Shown here one piece after another: positions 48,364 through 62,193 of a stretch of DNA of 64,000 bases (the stretch's first letter is position 1; each line of letters starts with the position of its first letter). The stretch covers positions 6,076,001 to 6,140,000 of the forward strand of contig NC_092000.1 in the NCBI RefSeq assembly GCF_044704955.1, read 5' to 3'. The position numbers and the translations under genes were made by a program. The notes under the pieces are model-generated. The model was not told the origin of the DNA, did no database searches, and worked only from the letters and a program-made list of their open reading frames with translations. This DNA is from Pristiophorus japonicus (Eukaryota).

Positions 48364-49529
48364 TAAATGTGGTGAGGGTGCTGCCTCTACCACCCTTTCA
48401 GGCAGTGAGTTCCAGGCCCCCACCACCCTCTAGGTGAAGAAAGTTCCCCTCTAAACCTCCTAGCAATTACTTTAAATCTATGCTGCTTGTGTAAATTGTA
48501 ACTAGGAGATGTTAGGAAGTGAATAATATGTTTTCTTCTTCCCAATAAAACCCAGAGGGGCCCATACCCCTGCATTGTGTAACATTTATTTCTGAGGTAA
48601 GTAATGCAGTTGTGAATTCATGTTAATTTGTGCTTTATTGGCTGTGCTTCTAGGCTCCAGCAGACTGAAATTAAAACTTGATTTATATTAAAAAATAACT
48701 AAGAATCGTGTCTCATTATCTGAGACTTGGTGAGTTGGGAGAGGGGGTTCCTTATACATTTCAGAGGAACTGAGATCTGGGTCAGTGAATTGTAATTTGA
48801 GCAAGAACAGGAATGAACACATCAGAGCATTGGTGCCATTGCAATTAATTTTGTCACCAAGTTATCACTCTCAATAATCAACTATAAATAGGGGGAAGAC
48901 CTTGCTAAAGCTTCTTACTTAATTGCATTGTGAATTCAGTGTTTTAGTATTGCATGGATAGTCGCATTTACCGTGTAGGACATCATTTCTTTCCTCTTTA
49001 ACCTTTTCAGTTATTCACCCAAACATTTTGAAACTCGGCTACCTGGTTGGGAAATTCTTAATTTGAATCCCTCTTCCAGCTTTGTATTTTGTCGCTGACA
49101 GTCACTGGAGAACTGCCAGCCGGTCACCTGTCAGTCAGTAGGTTCATTGGCTGCACTGGCATAGAAATTAGTTGCAGGAGTAGGACATTCGGCCCTTCGA
49201 GCCTGCACCGCCATTCAATATGATCATGGCTGATCATGCAACTTCAGTAGCCCACCCCTGCCTTCTCTCCATAGATCTTTCGTCTTGAGTAGCAACTTGG
49301 CTATGTCTCCAATTGTCAAAGTCACTGCTAGGCCCGTGCACAGAACCATTAAGTCTCCAAAGGATTACTGGCAACAGATTTTTGCTCTATCCCAGAAGTA
49401 TAATTTTAAAATTGCATTGCGTGAGTAACTAAAATAATGTGGGGGAGTCCTTTACGTTGAAAGCATTCCCTCCCTTTCTTTGTCCTATGTGCTCTCACTC
49501 ATCTGCTAAATTTCATGGACAACCAGGAA

Positions 49530-49970
49530 AGAAAGCTTTGCATTTCTATAGCGCCTTTCGTGACCACCGGACATCTCAGAGTGCTTTACAGCCAATTAAG
49601 TACTTTTACAGTGTAGTCACTGTTGTAATGTGGGAAACGCGGCAGTCAATTTGTGCACAGCAAGCTCCCACACACAGCAATGACCAGATAATGTTTTTGT
49701 TATGTTCGTTGAGGAATAAATATTGGCCAGGACACCAGGGAGAACTCTCCTGCTCTTCTTCAAAATAGTGCCATGGGATCTTATACTTCCACCTGAGAGA
49801 GCAGACGGGGCCTCGGTTTAACATCTCATCCGAAAGATGGCACCTCTCCCTCAGCACTGCACTGGGAGTGTCAGACTAGATTTATGTGCTCAAATCCCTG
49901 GAGTGGGACTCAAACCCACAACCTTCTGGCTCAGAGACGAGTGTGCAGCCCACTGAGCCATAGCTGACAC
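49530..49970 (-). mobile_element. SacSINE1-like SINE
   Basis: Head, core and tail. Confidence 0.88.
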
Positions 49971-50756
49971 CATGTTGCGTTGGCTGTAAATCTGGGATGT
50001 GTATGAAAAATATTCTAAATATAACTTTATTTCTCAACAATCAACAGAATAGCCCTCCGAGGACAAACATGTTGGGTTCTATAACCAGCCTCACGATGTG
50101 AATATCCTATTTAATGCAGCATAAATTGGAACCTGGATGTGAGAACGGAGATCCAGGAGCTTTACAATGCCGAGTATATCAAAAATGTTAATTGTTTGAC
50201 ATGATGTAATGCAATTTGCGACAGAGTATATGTTTTGCACCATTAAGATCTTTATTAAAGAACTTTTTGTAAGCCTGTCCGAGGACTGTGTGACAACTGA
50301 CTTTGAAATTTGTGCATGTTTGATAATGACATGTCCTTGGGCAAAGAAAATGAGACCTATTGATAATCTGCCCTCGAAGACGGTCTTGGGTTATGCCAAC
50401 AGATTGTTTTGGCAATGAATGTTGAAATCATTGTACTGTGCTTGTTAGTATATAGACCTCGGCTGTGTGAAGTTGAGCTCCCTTGTGTTTTCTCAGCTTT
50501 GTTTACTGTTCTTGCCTTGTTTCTGGTACTAGTTTGTTGTTTGGTGCATTTTGAATAAATAGAAACCGAATGCAATCACACATTCATTAGAGGACAGGAA
50601 TGGTGTACATCTTGCTTAAAAACTGCAAAAATCATTGAAACAGATTAAGTGGGAAGAGATTTCTGTCGTTTCAACACATTTTTTATATCGCGCAAGGAAT
50701 TGAGAAGTAATAGGAAGGACCGGGTTAAGAGCCAGTCCAGACTGACTTATCCATAG

Positions 50757-51430
50757 GTCATCATCATCATAGGCAGTCTCTCGGAATCGAGGAAGACTTG
50801 CTTCCACTCTTAGCATGAGTTCTTAGGTGGCTGTACAGTCCAATACGAGAACCACAGTCTCTGTCACAAGTGGGACAGATAGTCATTGAGGGAAAGGGAG
50901 GGTGGGACTGGTTTGCCGCACGCTCCTTCCGCTGCCTGCGCTTGGTTTCTGCATGCTCTCGGCGACGAGACTCGAGGTTCCCAGCGCCCTCCCGGATGCA
51001 CTTTCTCCACTTAGGGCAGTCTTTGGCCAGGGACTCCCAGGTGTCAGTGGGGATGTCGCACTTTATCAGGGAGGCTTTGAGGGTGTTCCTGTAACGTTTC
51101 CTCTGCCCACCTTTGGCTCGTTTGCCGTGTAGGAGTTCTGAGTAGAGCGCTTGCTTTGGGAGTCCAGTGTTTGGCATGCGAACTATGTGGCCTGCCCAGC
51201 GGAGCTGATCGAGTGTGGTCAGTGCTTCAATGCTGGGGATGTTGGCCTGGTCGAGGACGCTGATGTTGGTGCGTCTGTCCTCCCAGGGGATTTGTAGAAT
51301 CTTGCGGAGTCGTCGCTGGTGGTATTTCTCCAACGACTTGAGGTGTCTACTGTACATGGTCCATGTCTCTGAGCCATACAGTAGGGCGGTTATTACTACG
51401 GCCCTGTAGACCATGAGCTTGGTGATGGTT
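50757..51430 (-). mobile_element. RTE LINE 3' fragment with an open frame
   Basis: LLYGSETWT, LRWAGHIVRM and CPTC...HLRTH motifs. (ATG)n tail. Confidence 0.92.
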
Positions 51431-52302
51431 TTACCTATCCATAGGTAACCCGCTTCCAATAACATAGGTCACAAGGTGACCATTTTAATGTTCGAGTATG
51501 CACTGGAAACGGTAAGCAATATGATGATATGCTTGTGACCATTCCAAATCTGTGGAAAAACACCACGGTGGTAGGTCGCATTGTTCACGCTTACCTAATT
51601 CAAATTTACTGTAAGATTTATAAATTATGCAGTAGCAAGAATAAATCAGCAGAAATGTAATCCAGTGCTCAACGTTGCACCATCTGTTCCCAGAAGTAAC
51701 ATTTCAGGCGTCTTAGCAGTTCCACTTGGTGACATTTGAACAAGAGTCCAAGATGGAATGCCTTGTGAGAAATGAATGAGTCCCTGTAGAGTGGTACAGC
51801 AAATCAGAGAACTGAAGAACATAGAGCGACAACCTGGATATATGCCTTCCTTCCATGTTCCATCGAGCACAATGGAGGCCCAGAGATAGCCTTCACAGTT
51901 AAAACCAATTGTCTCACTTTGAATTGCTTCCTGCAGTAATGGTCCAGAAACAAAGGTTTCATGTAAACAACTTCGACAAGCCTAGCTGAGCAATACTTGA
52001 CTTAATTAGGTTCAGATCTTAGACAGAGTCGTGTATTTGCTTTACTTGCAGGCTAATGCATAGAAACACACAGGAGATTTCAGAATGCAGCCATCTTGAT
52101 GTGTTATTCTAAAAATCTTAGTCCTTGGCCTTACTACAAGTTCATATAAAAATGTCGCAGCCTACTAATAATTCAGAATTGATTTTTGTGCTGAATATTG
52201 AATTATCCAGTAATTGGAATTGATTAAATATAAATAACATTGTAAAGCAGAAGTTTACTGTGGGGGGGAAAAAAATAATTGAATTATTAGATTCTGTGAC
52301 TA

Positions 52303-52750
52303 GAAAGAAAGACTTGCATTTATATAGCGCCTTTCATGACCACCGGACGTCTCAAAGTGCTTTACAGTCGATGAATTACTTTTGGAGTGTAGTCACTGTT
52401 GTAACGTGGGAAACGCAGCAGCCAAATTGCGCACAGCAAGCTCCCACACACAGCAATATGATAATGACCAGATAATCTGTTTTATGTTGATTGAGTGATG
52501 AATATTGGCCAGAACACCAGGGAGAACTCCCCTACTCTTCTTCAAAATAGTGCCGGGATCTTTTACGTCCACCTGAGAGTTTAACATCTCATCCGAAAGA
52601 CGATACCTCCATTAGTGCAGCGCTCCCTCAGCACTGCACTGCACTGGAGTGGCAGCCTAGATTTATGTGCTCGAGTCCCTGGAATAAGACTTGAACCCAC
52701 AACCTTCTGACTCAGAGCTGTGTGTACTACCCACTAAGCCACAGCTGACA
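52303..52750 (-). mobile_element. SacSINE1-like SINE
   Basis: Head, core and tail. Confidence 0.88.
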
Positions 52751-53059
52751 CTGTTGAATAAGAGGATTATAGTACGGAATTTCTTATTAATTGAAATTAA
52801 TGAGTCCTGGGATCCATCACCGTTAAATCACTTCTTGCTAATGTCAAGATGGCGGTACTTTGGGCTTGAACACTGGTCAAATAGTCACCATTTGTCTGCA
52901 CACGTGCTGATTGTCAGGATTAAGTTTACTGTTGGTCCATACAGTTGCACTGTTTGCACGAAAGGGGCACACCAAAGGCAAAAACAGCTCAGATAGGCGC
53001 CACATAGTTGGGAGGCAACAAAATTCAGTGGCAAACCATGCCTATATAAAATTAGAACC

Positions 53060-53413
53060 ATCATCGTCATAGGCAGTCCCTCGGAATCGAGGTAGACTTG
53101 CTTCCTCTCTTAAAATGAGTCCTTAGGTGGCTGAACAGTCCAATACGAGAGTCACAGTCCCTGTCACAGGTGGGATAGATAGTCGTTGAGGGAAGGGGTG
53201 GGTGGGACTGGTTTGCCGCACGCTCCTTCCGTTGCCTGCGCTTGGTTTCTGCATGCTTTCGGCGGCGAGACTCGAGGTGCTCAGCGCCCTCCCGGATGCA
53301 TTTCCCCCACTTAGGGCGGTTTTTGGCCAGGGACTCCCAGGTGTCAGTGGGGATGTCGCACTTTATCAGGGAGGCTTTGAGATTGCCCCTGTAATGTTTC
53401 CTCTGCCCACCTT
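53060..53413 (-). mobile_element. RTE LINE 3' fragment
   Basis: Near-identical to 50757-51115. Confidence 0.9.
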
Positions 53414-53607
53414 TGTCAACAACAAATCATTACATTTGGCTGATATTTAGTGCTAATGAGGGCATCCAATGAATCATGGAGGCAATCTCACAGTCCAGCA
53501 CTGACCCAAAGCTGCAACACCTTGGCCTCTGCATCAATTTTTGATTAAGTGCTTTGGTCCCTAAAATTTCCACTGTTTCTGCAGGTTTTTTAAAATAATA
53601 AAGTATA

Positions 53608-54163
53608 TAGAGATCGAAATTGTGTCCCGCCTTTTTTGAGGCAGTGTCACTGCCTGAGTGCTGATTTTAGGGCTGTGCATAGCCTCAAAGTTCTAAATTC
53701 AGTTTTTACGCCCAAAGATGAGAGAGCAGCACTAAAAGGTGGCATTGCACTCATCCTCTGGCGGGAGCTCAGGAGGCCGACTGAACTTCCCAACGGGGGG
53801 CTGCCGTCATGCTGGAAAAAAAAACGTCAAGAAAAAAAAATAATGAAAACTTACCCGATCCACACACTCACTTCCCCACTCTTAAAACTAATGAAAACAT
53901 ACACAAATAAATAAAGAGAAAAACTTACCTTCCTTTCTGGGTGATTCTGCCCGAGATCCGCTCTTTAACGAGCACTTTTTCCTGCCAGTATGCTGGATGA
54001 TGTCACCAATTGATGACGTGCCTCTTGGCGCCTCTACCAAAGAGCCGACTGAATTTAGGACGAGGCATCGATGCCGCTGACCATCGAAAGCAGGCCTTTG
54101 CCACCTGTTTTCTGCCTCCCGCGCGCGGTAATGGGTGGCGTCCACAAACGAATTTCGACACCA
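53608..54163. mobile_element. Possible degenerate Harbinger-like MITE
   Basis: TCGAAATT and AATTTCGA ends resemble the TIR of the 20982 element. CpG-rich interior. Confidence 0.35.
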
Positions 54164-54394
54164 TAGTGTATGATTTCAAGTGTGTTTTTTAAAATATATT
54201 TTAAGTGTCATTTGTGAGGTAATGGGAGAGACGAAGGATGAATGCCACAAATGGTCTCTGAGCCTTGGGCTGCTCACTATTCAATTAACCGTGCTTAATG
54301 TCTGTTGCAAATGTTGGGAGTTAAGCTTGGCTGTGGTGCCCCATACAGTTCAACAGCTTGCCAACATGCACTGTTGGGGTTCCCTTTTCTTGGG

Positions 54395-54822
54395 TGTCAG
54401 CTGTGGCTCAGTGGTAACACTCTCTTCTCTGTCAGACTAGGGTTCTGGGTTCAAGTCCCACTCCAGAGACTCGAGCACAAAATCCAGACTTGTACTTCAG
54501 TGCAGTACTGAGGGAGTGCTGCACTGTCGGGGGTGCCGTCTTTCGGATGAGACTTTAAAACGAGGCCCCGTCTGCCCCCTCAGGTGGATGTTGATCCCAT
54601 GGCATTATTCGAAGAACAGCGGGGGAGTTCTCCCTGGCGTATTGGCCAATATTTATCCCTCAACCAACAATTCTTATTTTTTTTTGTTTGTGGGAGCTTG
54701 TTGTGTGCAAATTGGCTGTCGTATTTCTTGCATTACATCAGTGACTACACTTCCAAAGTACTTAATTGGCTGTAAAGCGCTTTGGGACATGCCGAGGTTG
54801 TGAACGGCGCTGTATAAATGCA
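54395..54822 (+). mobile_element. SacSINE1-like SINE, unexpanded
   Basis: TGTCAGCTGTGGCTCAGTGG head, core and tail. Confidence 0.88.
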
Positions 54823-55006
54823 CACTGATTGCGGGTGCCCGTGGACCTGTACCTTAGAATGAGTTGGTGCCTTCAAGAGAAATGGGGAGGAAGTTGGTTG
54901 TGGAGAGGCAGCGACACAGGCCATTTGAGAAAGATCCTACAAGGCCGTCCGACCTGATAGGTTCGTGTATATTAATACCTGACTTCACTTGATGTCTCTT
55001 TTGTAG

Positions 55007-55207
55007 GTCGTATTTACTTCTTCAATCATATAACCAATCGGAGTCAGTGGGAGCGGCCAAAAGCAGGCGGAAGTTACAATTCTGTTGAGCCGGACAAAGT
55101 TCGCTGTTCGCACCTGTTGGTGAAGCACATCCAGTCCCGCCGTCCGTCCTCCTGGAGGCAGGAGGAGATCACGCGCAGCAAAGAGGAGGCACTAGAGACG
55201 TTAAACG
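55007..55207 (+). CDS. PIN1: PIN1 exon 2: [66 protein letters not shown]
   Basis: ctcttttgtag| acceptor and |gtaag donor, phase 1-1, 201 nt. WW end plus parvulin HLLVKH/SRRPSSW motifs. Confidence 0.97.
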
Positions 55208-58167
55208 GTAAGCTGACGGCAAAGCACACCTCACCCAAAGCACAAAGCCCCCACGCACTCGGGCTGTCAGCTGTTCCTTCGATAAGATGTCTGGAGGGAG
55301 TGGGGAAGAGGAGAATGTAACTTTTTTTTCTCGTTCTCCAAGTCGATTTGAGGCTGCCATTTCTTAACGTCTAAATCATTCTATCAGTGCCGTGTTTTGT
55401 GCTGTGAATGTTTGTAGTCAGGATTTTTGCAATCTAAACCTCTGCAAAAAGCCTTTAGTGAGCGTGAAAATCAATTTTAGACCTTTCTTTGCACTATATG
55501 ACCAGAAAAAGTGAGAGTTCATTTAAAAAAAAATGAACTGTTTCTAAATGGTTCATTTATATGTAGTCCAGTGCAGTGCTTTAAAGAAGTTTGATGCAAA
55601 GCTGCTACAGGAGACCAGCAAAAAATGGTAAGACCTTAACTTTGGTCTCTTTTTATTAACCCAGAGAGATCGTTGCTGGTGAGGCATTAAATCAGTTTTG
55701 GAATTGAGCAGATTTTAATCGAGTTAGGGAAAGTAGTATGTGGTGTCGCACATTGGGGGGGAGATTCTTGTAATAATATCAGCACAAATGGAATGTGCAG
55801 TTCTTAGTTTAAAAAAAAAATTATTTTCCACTTGAGGTGTCCCCATGCCCTAACCATAGCTGGCCGAGAGAGCCTGCCCCAAGCATGTAGTCAGCCACAG
55901 AGGTGAGTACGAGCACTACAGGATGATTCGTCGTCTGATATTCTTCCCTCCCCTGCTGGAGAAGTACTTGGCCTCTGCTTAGCCCCCCACCCCCCCAGCA
56001 TGATGGTGCAAGTGAGGAGATGAGCTTCTTATTATGTCCAACTCTACATCCCACCACTTTGTGGTGTAATGCGTTAGGGCTCGAATCTGCTGTGGTTCCG
56101 CTGATGGGTTGCAGTCTGCTTTCCTCCAGATTTGATACGACTTTGTATGTTTTGCGGGAAACCTTTTTGTTCCGGATGATTCACAGGATATACGGCACAG
56201 AAACAGGCCACTCGGCCCAACCAGTCCATGCCGGTGATTGTGCTCCACTCGAGCCTCCTCCCGTCTTTCCTCATCTAAATCTATCAGCGTATCCCTCTAT
56301 TCCCATCTCCCTCATATGCTTGTCCAGCCTCTCCTTAAATGCATCGATACTATTTGCCTCAACCCCTCCCTGTGGCAGCGAGTTCCACATTCTCACCACT
56401 CTCTGGGTAAAGAAGTTTCTTCTGAATTCCCTATTTGATTTCTTCTTTGATTTAGAATTAAAGGTTCTATTAAGTGTGCAGCTCTTGTCCTAAAATGCAC
56501 CACAGGGGAGTCGAGGGTTATGGGGAGCGGGCAGGGAAGTGGAGTTGAGGCGAAGATTAGATCAGCTATGATCTTATTAAATGGCAGAGCAGGCTCGAGG
56601 GGCCAAATGGCCTACTCCTGCTCCTATTTCTTATGTTCACAGTTGTTACTTTGAGAATCTTGACGAGCAGAGATGTATTCCTGTCGGGTAGTTTCATCCT
56701 GGCTTTTTGTTCAGGGCATGAGTTCTTTTAAGTATATTTTCTTCCACACTGGTTTACCTGGGCCGGACACCAGGAGGGAAGGTGGAATCACACCGGTTAG
56801 TCTCAGTATTGATAACGGGATGACATTTCTGGTGTGTCCCTTTTATCAGAACCAAAGACTCTCTGGTACACACCTGCAATAACATGCCTTTGCTCTTTCC
56901 AATTGCTGACTGGCCAATATATTTTCAGCATTTCTGTTTTTATTAAAGCTCGGGACACTTGGGCAATGGCTTATTTTGAGAGTAAACTATTGATTTTTTT
57001 TTAATGTGCTCATAAAAGTTAAATATTTAGTGCTTGGATCATATGTGACAAAAATATTTCTGTGTGTGAGTGGACCAACGCAATATAAAGCTGTATGGAT
57101 TCCCCACATGTCAGGTTGATCTGAATCAGACTGTCTGGAAGAGCTGCAGAGTACAGACTCTGCTTTCTACTTGAAGGATTTTATTCTGTTGTGCGGTAGG
57201 TATTGGGAATGTGGCAAGGTGTGGGCGAATGCGTGAGTGTCAATAAACGAAGAAACACCTGAAAACTTTCTATATCTCCCCATTGAAGCTTTCACATACC
57301 TCCGTTACTCGTGTTGGTTCTGCTTATAGACTAACCTAAACACTGCTGCTTACAAACCTACTTGATGTCCTGCACTATGGTTCTCAATTTTTTTTAAAAC
57401 ACAGCAATGCCAGAGCCCGAGAGTAGATTTAGGGATACAAAATGGAATAATAATCCTAACTACATGCATGGTTCTGCAGTCAGATCTCAGCATCTGCTTT
57501 GATCGTTTCAGTTCTCAAGTGTTATTTTTATGTTGCATATTTTCAGGCATAACCTCTGCAGAAGACTATTGATTGCAATGCAGCAGACAGATTAAATACA
57601 ATTGGCAGAACTGTGTTTGAATTGGTGCTTTATTTGGTGCAGTCTAGGTTTGGTATAAATGAACTGTACTCCACATGGAGGTAAGCGGTTTATACCGCTA
57701 GCATTCAGTTTGACTATTAGATAGCAACGTTTCATAATTGTTTGAGGATGAAATGATAGAATCCTTAAATGTTTCAAGACAAAAACAGGCTGTCTGACCC
57801 ATCAAGTCTGTGCTAGTCCATATGAGCTACCTGGCCTGTTCCTACATATCTCTTGCTTGCTTGCCATATGCTTTTAGTATTTTTGTTTTTCAACCAGTTT
57901 ACGCAGTCATGTGGAGACGCTGATGCTTTGGAATAAAAAGTTGTATTCGGGTTAAAATTCACTTTTACTAATTTCTCCCTCTCTTGCCTTAATTACTCCA
58001 GAGGTGACATTTAACTGACTGCTGGCTCAAAAGCGGAGGAAAAAATGATTAAAAAAAAAATATATATAGTTTTCATTCTGATTCAGAAGCCTATTGTACT
58101 GTCTAAATACACAAACAATGTTGAACCGTTCGTGAGCCTATTCTATTAACCTTGTATCCTTGTTCAG

Positions 58168-58278
58168 AGTATATCCAAATGATCAAATCTGGAGATGCAT
58201 CATTTGAAAACTTAGCATCGAAATACAGTGACTGCAGCTCCGCAAGAGAAGGGGGAGATCTGGGCTATTTTGGCAAAG
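58168..58278 (+). CDS. PIN1: PIN1 exon 3: (E)[36 protein letters not shown](G)
   Basis: ccttgttcag| acceptor and |gtaaga donor, 111 nt. Catalytic SDCSSA...GDLG motif. Exon 4 (QMQKPFE...) not found in the window. Confidence 0.97.
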
Positions 58279-60009
58279 GTAAGACATCAATTTATCACTA
58301 ATTTTACGTGGCCTGTGTGATTTTTAGTATAATAGTGACCAGACATCCATGGTTAAGCGCTCTGTATTTTGCCTAGTGACTAGTGTGATAATTTAGTAAG
58401 ACCAGATTCCAAATCAGTAATGTCATCAGTGACACAAGTGGGCCTTTTCCCAATTCGATTGCATATAGTTAGCAGCCTTTGCAGTTTCCGGTACAGGGCA
58501 CCAGTAATGTGACATAGTGATTGCATCTGAACTTACAGCAAAACATCTGTTGCCTTTTCTTCCGAGTAAGAAAATAGTAGCAAAGAATTTTGGTGTGGCT
58601 GGCTTCTCTGGTCTTGATCGAGATGGTACTGTTTTAGAATAAATCGGTTATTTAATCTACATGTATCTGATTTACTTTTTTTCCCCTGCCAGTTCCTGCT
58701 CCTATTTCTTGGGCTCTTATTAAATTTTTGGACTCTTAAGGGATACAGGGATCGGGCGGGATGGTGGAGTCGAGGTCAAAGATCAGCCACAACGTTGAAT
58801 GGCCGGAGCAGGCTCGAGAGGTTGAATGGCCTACTCCTGTGCCTATTTCTTAAGCTAGGTTCAATTTTCTTCCCCCTCAAGGTTCTGACTCTGGCAGGAG
58901 TTTCCATTGGCTCCCTCCTTCCAGTGTATCGCTCCAGTAAAGAACAAATGAACAAACTTGCACTTTACAGTGCTGTCACATCCTTGTGATGTCCCAGGAC
59001 ACTTTGCATCCAATGGATTATTTAATTCTGAAATGCAGTTGCTGTCGTTTGCAAGCAGCATGGCTCCAGACCAGCAGATGGATGAATAATCAACCTTGCC
59101 CATGGGGTAGTTAAGCTGCTTTGTCTCGACCCCCGCCAATTATGCTTCTCAACTGTCTATAGGCTATGCTTGGAGCAGTCAAACTTAGCTCCACCTCTCT
59201 CTTCCCCCACATCCCACCACGGACAAGGTGCACTCCCACAGCGCTCCGAGTCCCTTCCCAGACCGCCTGGTTGTGAGTGACAGGTCACTATGGATGCAAC
59301 TGGAAAGAGCGCAACTCCTTAGCAGTATTGTTGTACATTAATGTGTGGCAACAGTGTTATAATACAGACCCTATTTTGTGCACTTCACCCGCTTGAAGAT
59401 CCTTTAATGTTCAAAGCGCCCTACAAAATGTCCTTTTTATAATGCCTTTACATAGCTCCAAAAGATCTGTGTTTGTTTATAAAAAAAAAATTACTTCTAA
59501 AAGGACCCAATTTCACAAAGAAGCTAATTTTTTTTTAAACTGAAGTTTTACAGTTTCACCCCATCAATCATCTTACTACTTCTGAGTACTGTCACGTCGA
59601 GCATAATTTCCCCACTGGCGTGGAAACTAATGGTCAAATTCCAGAACCCAGGTACTGCTACTAGATAGCTGAATGTTACAACTATTTTTGTGTAGACAGT
59701 AAACAGGTGCCCCGTGGTTAAAAGGGGGGGGTGGGGGGGGCACACTCCAAAAACTTGCAACAAGTGCCTCCTTATTTTTTTTTAGGGCGCTAGCAGAATG
59801 CTACAAGTTGCACACGTGTGGCACAATTTCTCTCCCTTGCTTCTTGTCTGGGGAACTGCCGCAGTTCCTTGCCCCACCATTGTATGGCACAGTATACTGT
59901 TGTACCAGTCTGGGATGCCATTTATTAACAACAAATGAAGTGGGAAGTTTGTGATCCATAACATGGTACTTTGGAGAGGTCCCCACCTACAAGCAATGCA
60001 AAGTAATTT

Positions 60010-60880
60010 CTGCACCATCTCGGTTCGGTTCCTAGTGAACAAGGGTCTACAACACACAACTGCTCACAGCTTAACGCAAAGGAATGCTAAATCTGCAGTA
60101 TCTGTCTGTAAATATTTGAAACGTGAGGTAAACATTCACTGGTAAATTAAGAACATAAGAAATCGGAACAGGAGTCGGCCATTTGGCCCCTCGAGCCTGC
60201 TCTGCCATTCAACAAGATCACAGCTGATCTGATCTTGGTCTCAACTCCACTTCCCTGCCCGCTCCCCATAACCTTTGACTCCCTTATCGTTCAAAAATCC
60301 GTCTTATCTCCGCCTTAAATATATTCAGTGACCCAGCCTACCCCTCTGGGGTAGAGAATTCCAAAGATTCACGACCCTCCGAGAGAAGAAATTCCTCCTC
60401 CATTTCCGTTTTAAATGGGCAGCCCCTTATTCTGAAACTATGGCCCCTAGTTCTAGATTCCCCCACGATGGGAAACGTCCTCTGCATCGACCCAGTCCAA
60501 CCCAGGGGAACCTTATTCTGAAACTATGAACCCCTAGTTCTCGATTTCCCCCACGAGGGGGAACATCCTCTCTGCATCGACCCAGTCCAGCCTAGGGGGT
60601 CCAGTGTTCCCTCTTAATTTTTTTCCGTAGCAATGGCTAGCAAACAGCCTGCGCGGGACCTCCCGATCAATACCCGCCCGCGCACCTTCTGGGGTACGTT
60701 GTTGAGGACATATGGGGAAACTCCTCGGAGGTTAAGATTAAAGCACATTGTTGGGGCAGAGCAGGGGAAGCTTTATTCTGTTTCTAACCTCTGCTTCCAG
60801 GCCGGGTGTAGAATCTGGCCCAGGTTTCGCGTGGAGAAGGAGTTCCAGTCTCCGGGATTGATGCCCCTCGCCTTGGTCGT
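60010..60880 (+). mobile_element. Possible LF-SINE-related relic, split by a CR1 fragment and a MITE
   Basis: GTTCCTAGTGAACAAGGGTCTACA, GCACATTGTTGGGGCA...GGGGAAGCTT and CAGTCTCCGGG occur in the order I recall from the LF-SINE consensus. Confidence 0.45.
60148..60600 (-). mobile_element. CR1 3' fragment with an ~86-bp tandem duplication at its truncated end (60425-60599)
   Basis: CCTTATTCTGAAACTATG...CTGCATCGACCCAGTCCA occurs twice. Confidence 0.85.
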
Positions 60881-62193
60881 AAGAAACAAAGCACCAAAAC
60901 TGTAACCTTTCTCTCAGCAGTTGTAGATATGGCTTGTGGCCAGCTAGTCACTTTTAAAAAGCTCGGTAGCCCTGACCGTCCCTTTGTGGACTAATTTTAG
61001 TCAATGCATATTGTATTACACAGTGTATGATTTTTTTCTAAAACCAATCCTACCAGCAGATGGCAGCTAAGCTCCTTGTAGCGTTATGTTGAAGAAAGTA
61101 TGGCCTCGCCGGAAGCAGACTTTTCCCATGCATTGGGCCAAGTCCTTTCTGCTGTTGTAAATTATTTTGATAAACCATTGCCTTTGCTTTTCAGTTACCT
61201 GGCTTTGTGCTGTTTTTTTTAAATTTGTGCTTGACATCCATTTTGCAGGTTTTAAAACATCCTTTGCCATACAGATCTCAGGGTTTTGTTAAATCGGAGG
61301 GGAAGACATCAAAGCAGTTGTTTCCAAGATCACAACTAAAGGAGTCTGCTGTTGGCATTTGGTACAGGCCCAGGTTGGGTGGAGGAAGATTTTCCAATAT
61401 TCAGCGATGAAATGGGACTGGTTTTAGTACCAGCTGGACGGGTTTAAAGCTGCTCCTGTTTATAATGCCTCACACAAGGGTAGTTAGCAACAGTGTGAAG
61501 AATCCACATGACAAAAATAAGTTGCTAGTTCACACTGTAGACATGCCAGTATAGATCCACTGCTTTGATTCATTCTGCAAAAATATGATCGTTTAAATCT
61601 CATATGAACAAAACATTTTTTTGGAGACATGTTCAGGAACTCGATATGCTGCAGTCCTGAAATGAGAATTGTGCTGGTCCGATGAGTTTAAAAGGGGGTT
61701 GGTCTTCACCGGGAAGGTAGAAACGTTGTATTACTTCTGTGGTGGTGATACGCAGGACAACAACTTTCTCCCATGGGTGCTGGCGTTCCTCCGACACCAC
61801 ACGGCTGCTATTCATGTTTGAGCAGAGACGGTGAATGTCGGCAGACAGGCTGATTGTGCGTCGGTGCCTTTGCCTGCTCCGTCTTTCACCCGGCGTCCAC
61901 AGTCATTTTACTTTTCAGCTGGAATTGCCGGAAAGTGATCAGGATTGGGAATCTGAGAGAGTTGACCCCCTCCCTCAGCCAGTTGTAGCACCTCTACAGT
62001 CGTACTGTCGGAGTCAGCTCAGGTCTCAGACATTTTCTGTCTGTTAACTTCACCACAACAGGTGGTGCATTAACCCACTGGGGAACTGGGGTAACACTTT
62101 TGTATCATGGTTTCATGCTTCAACAAAGTATCTGTTTGATTAAAAAAGATAGCACTAATGAAGATACTTAATTTTAAATGCAGATAGTTCTTG

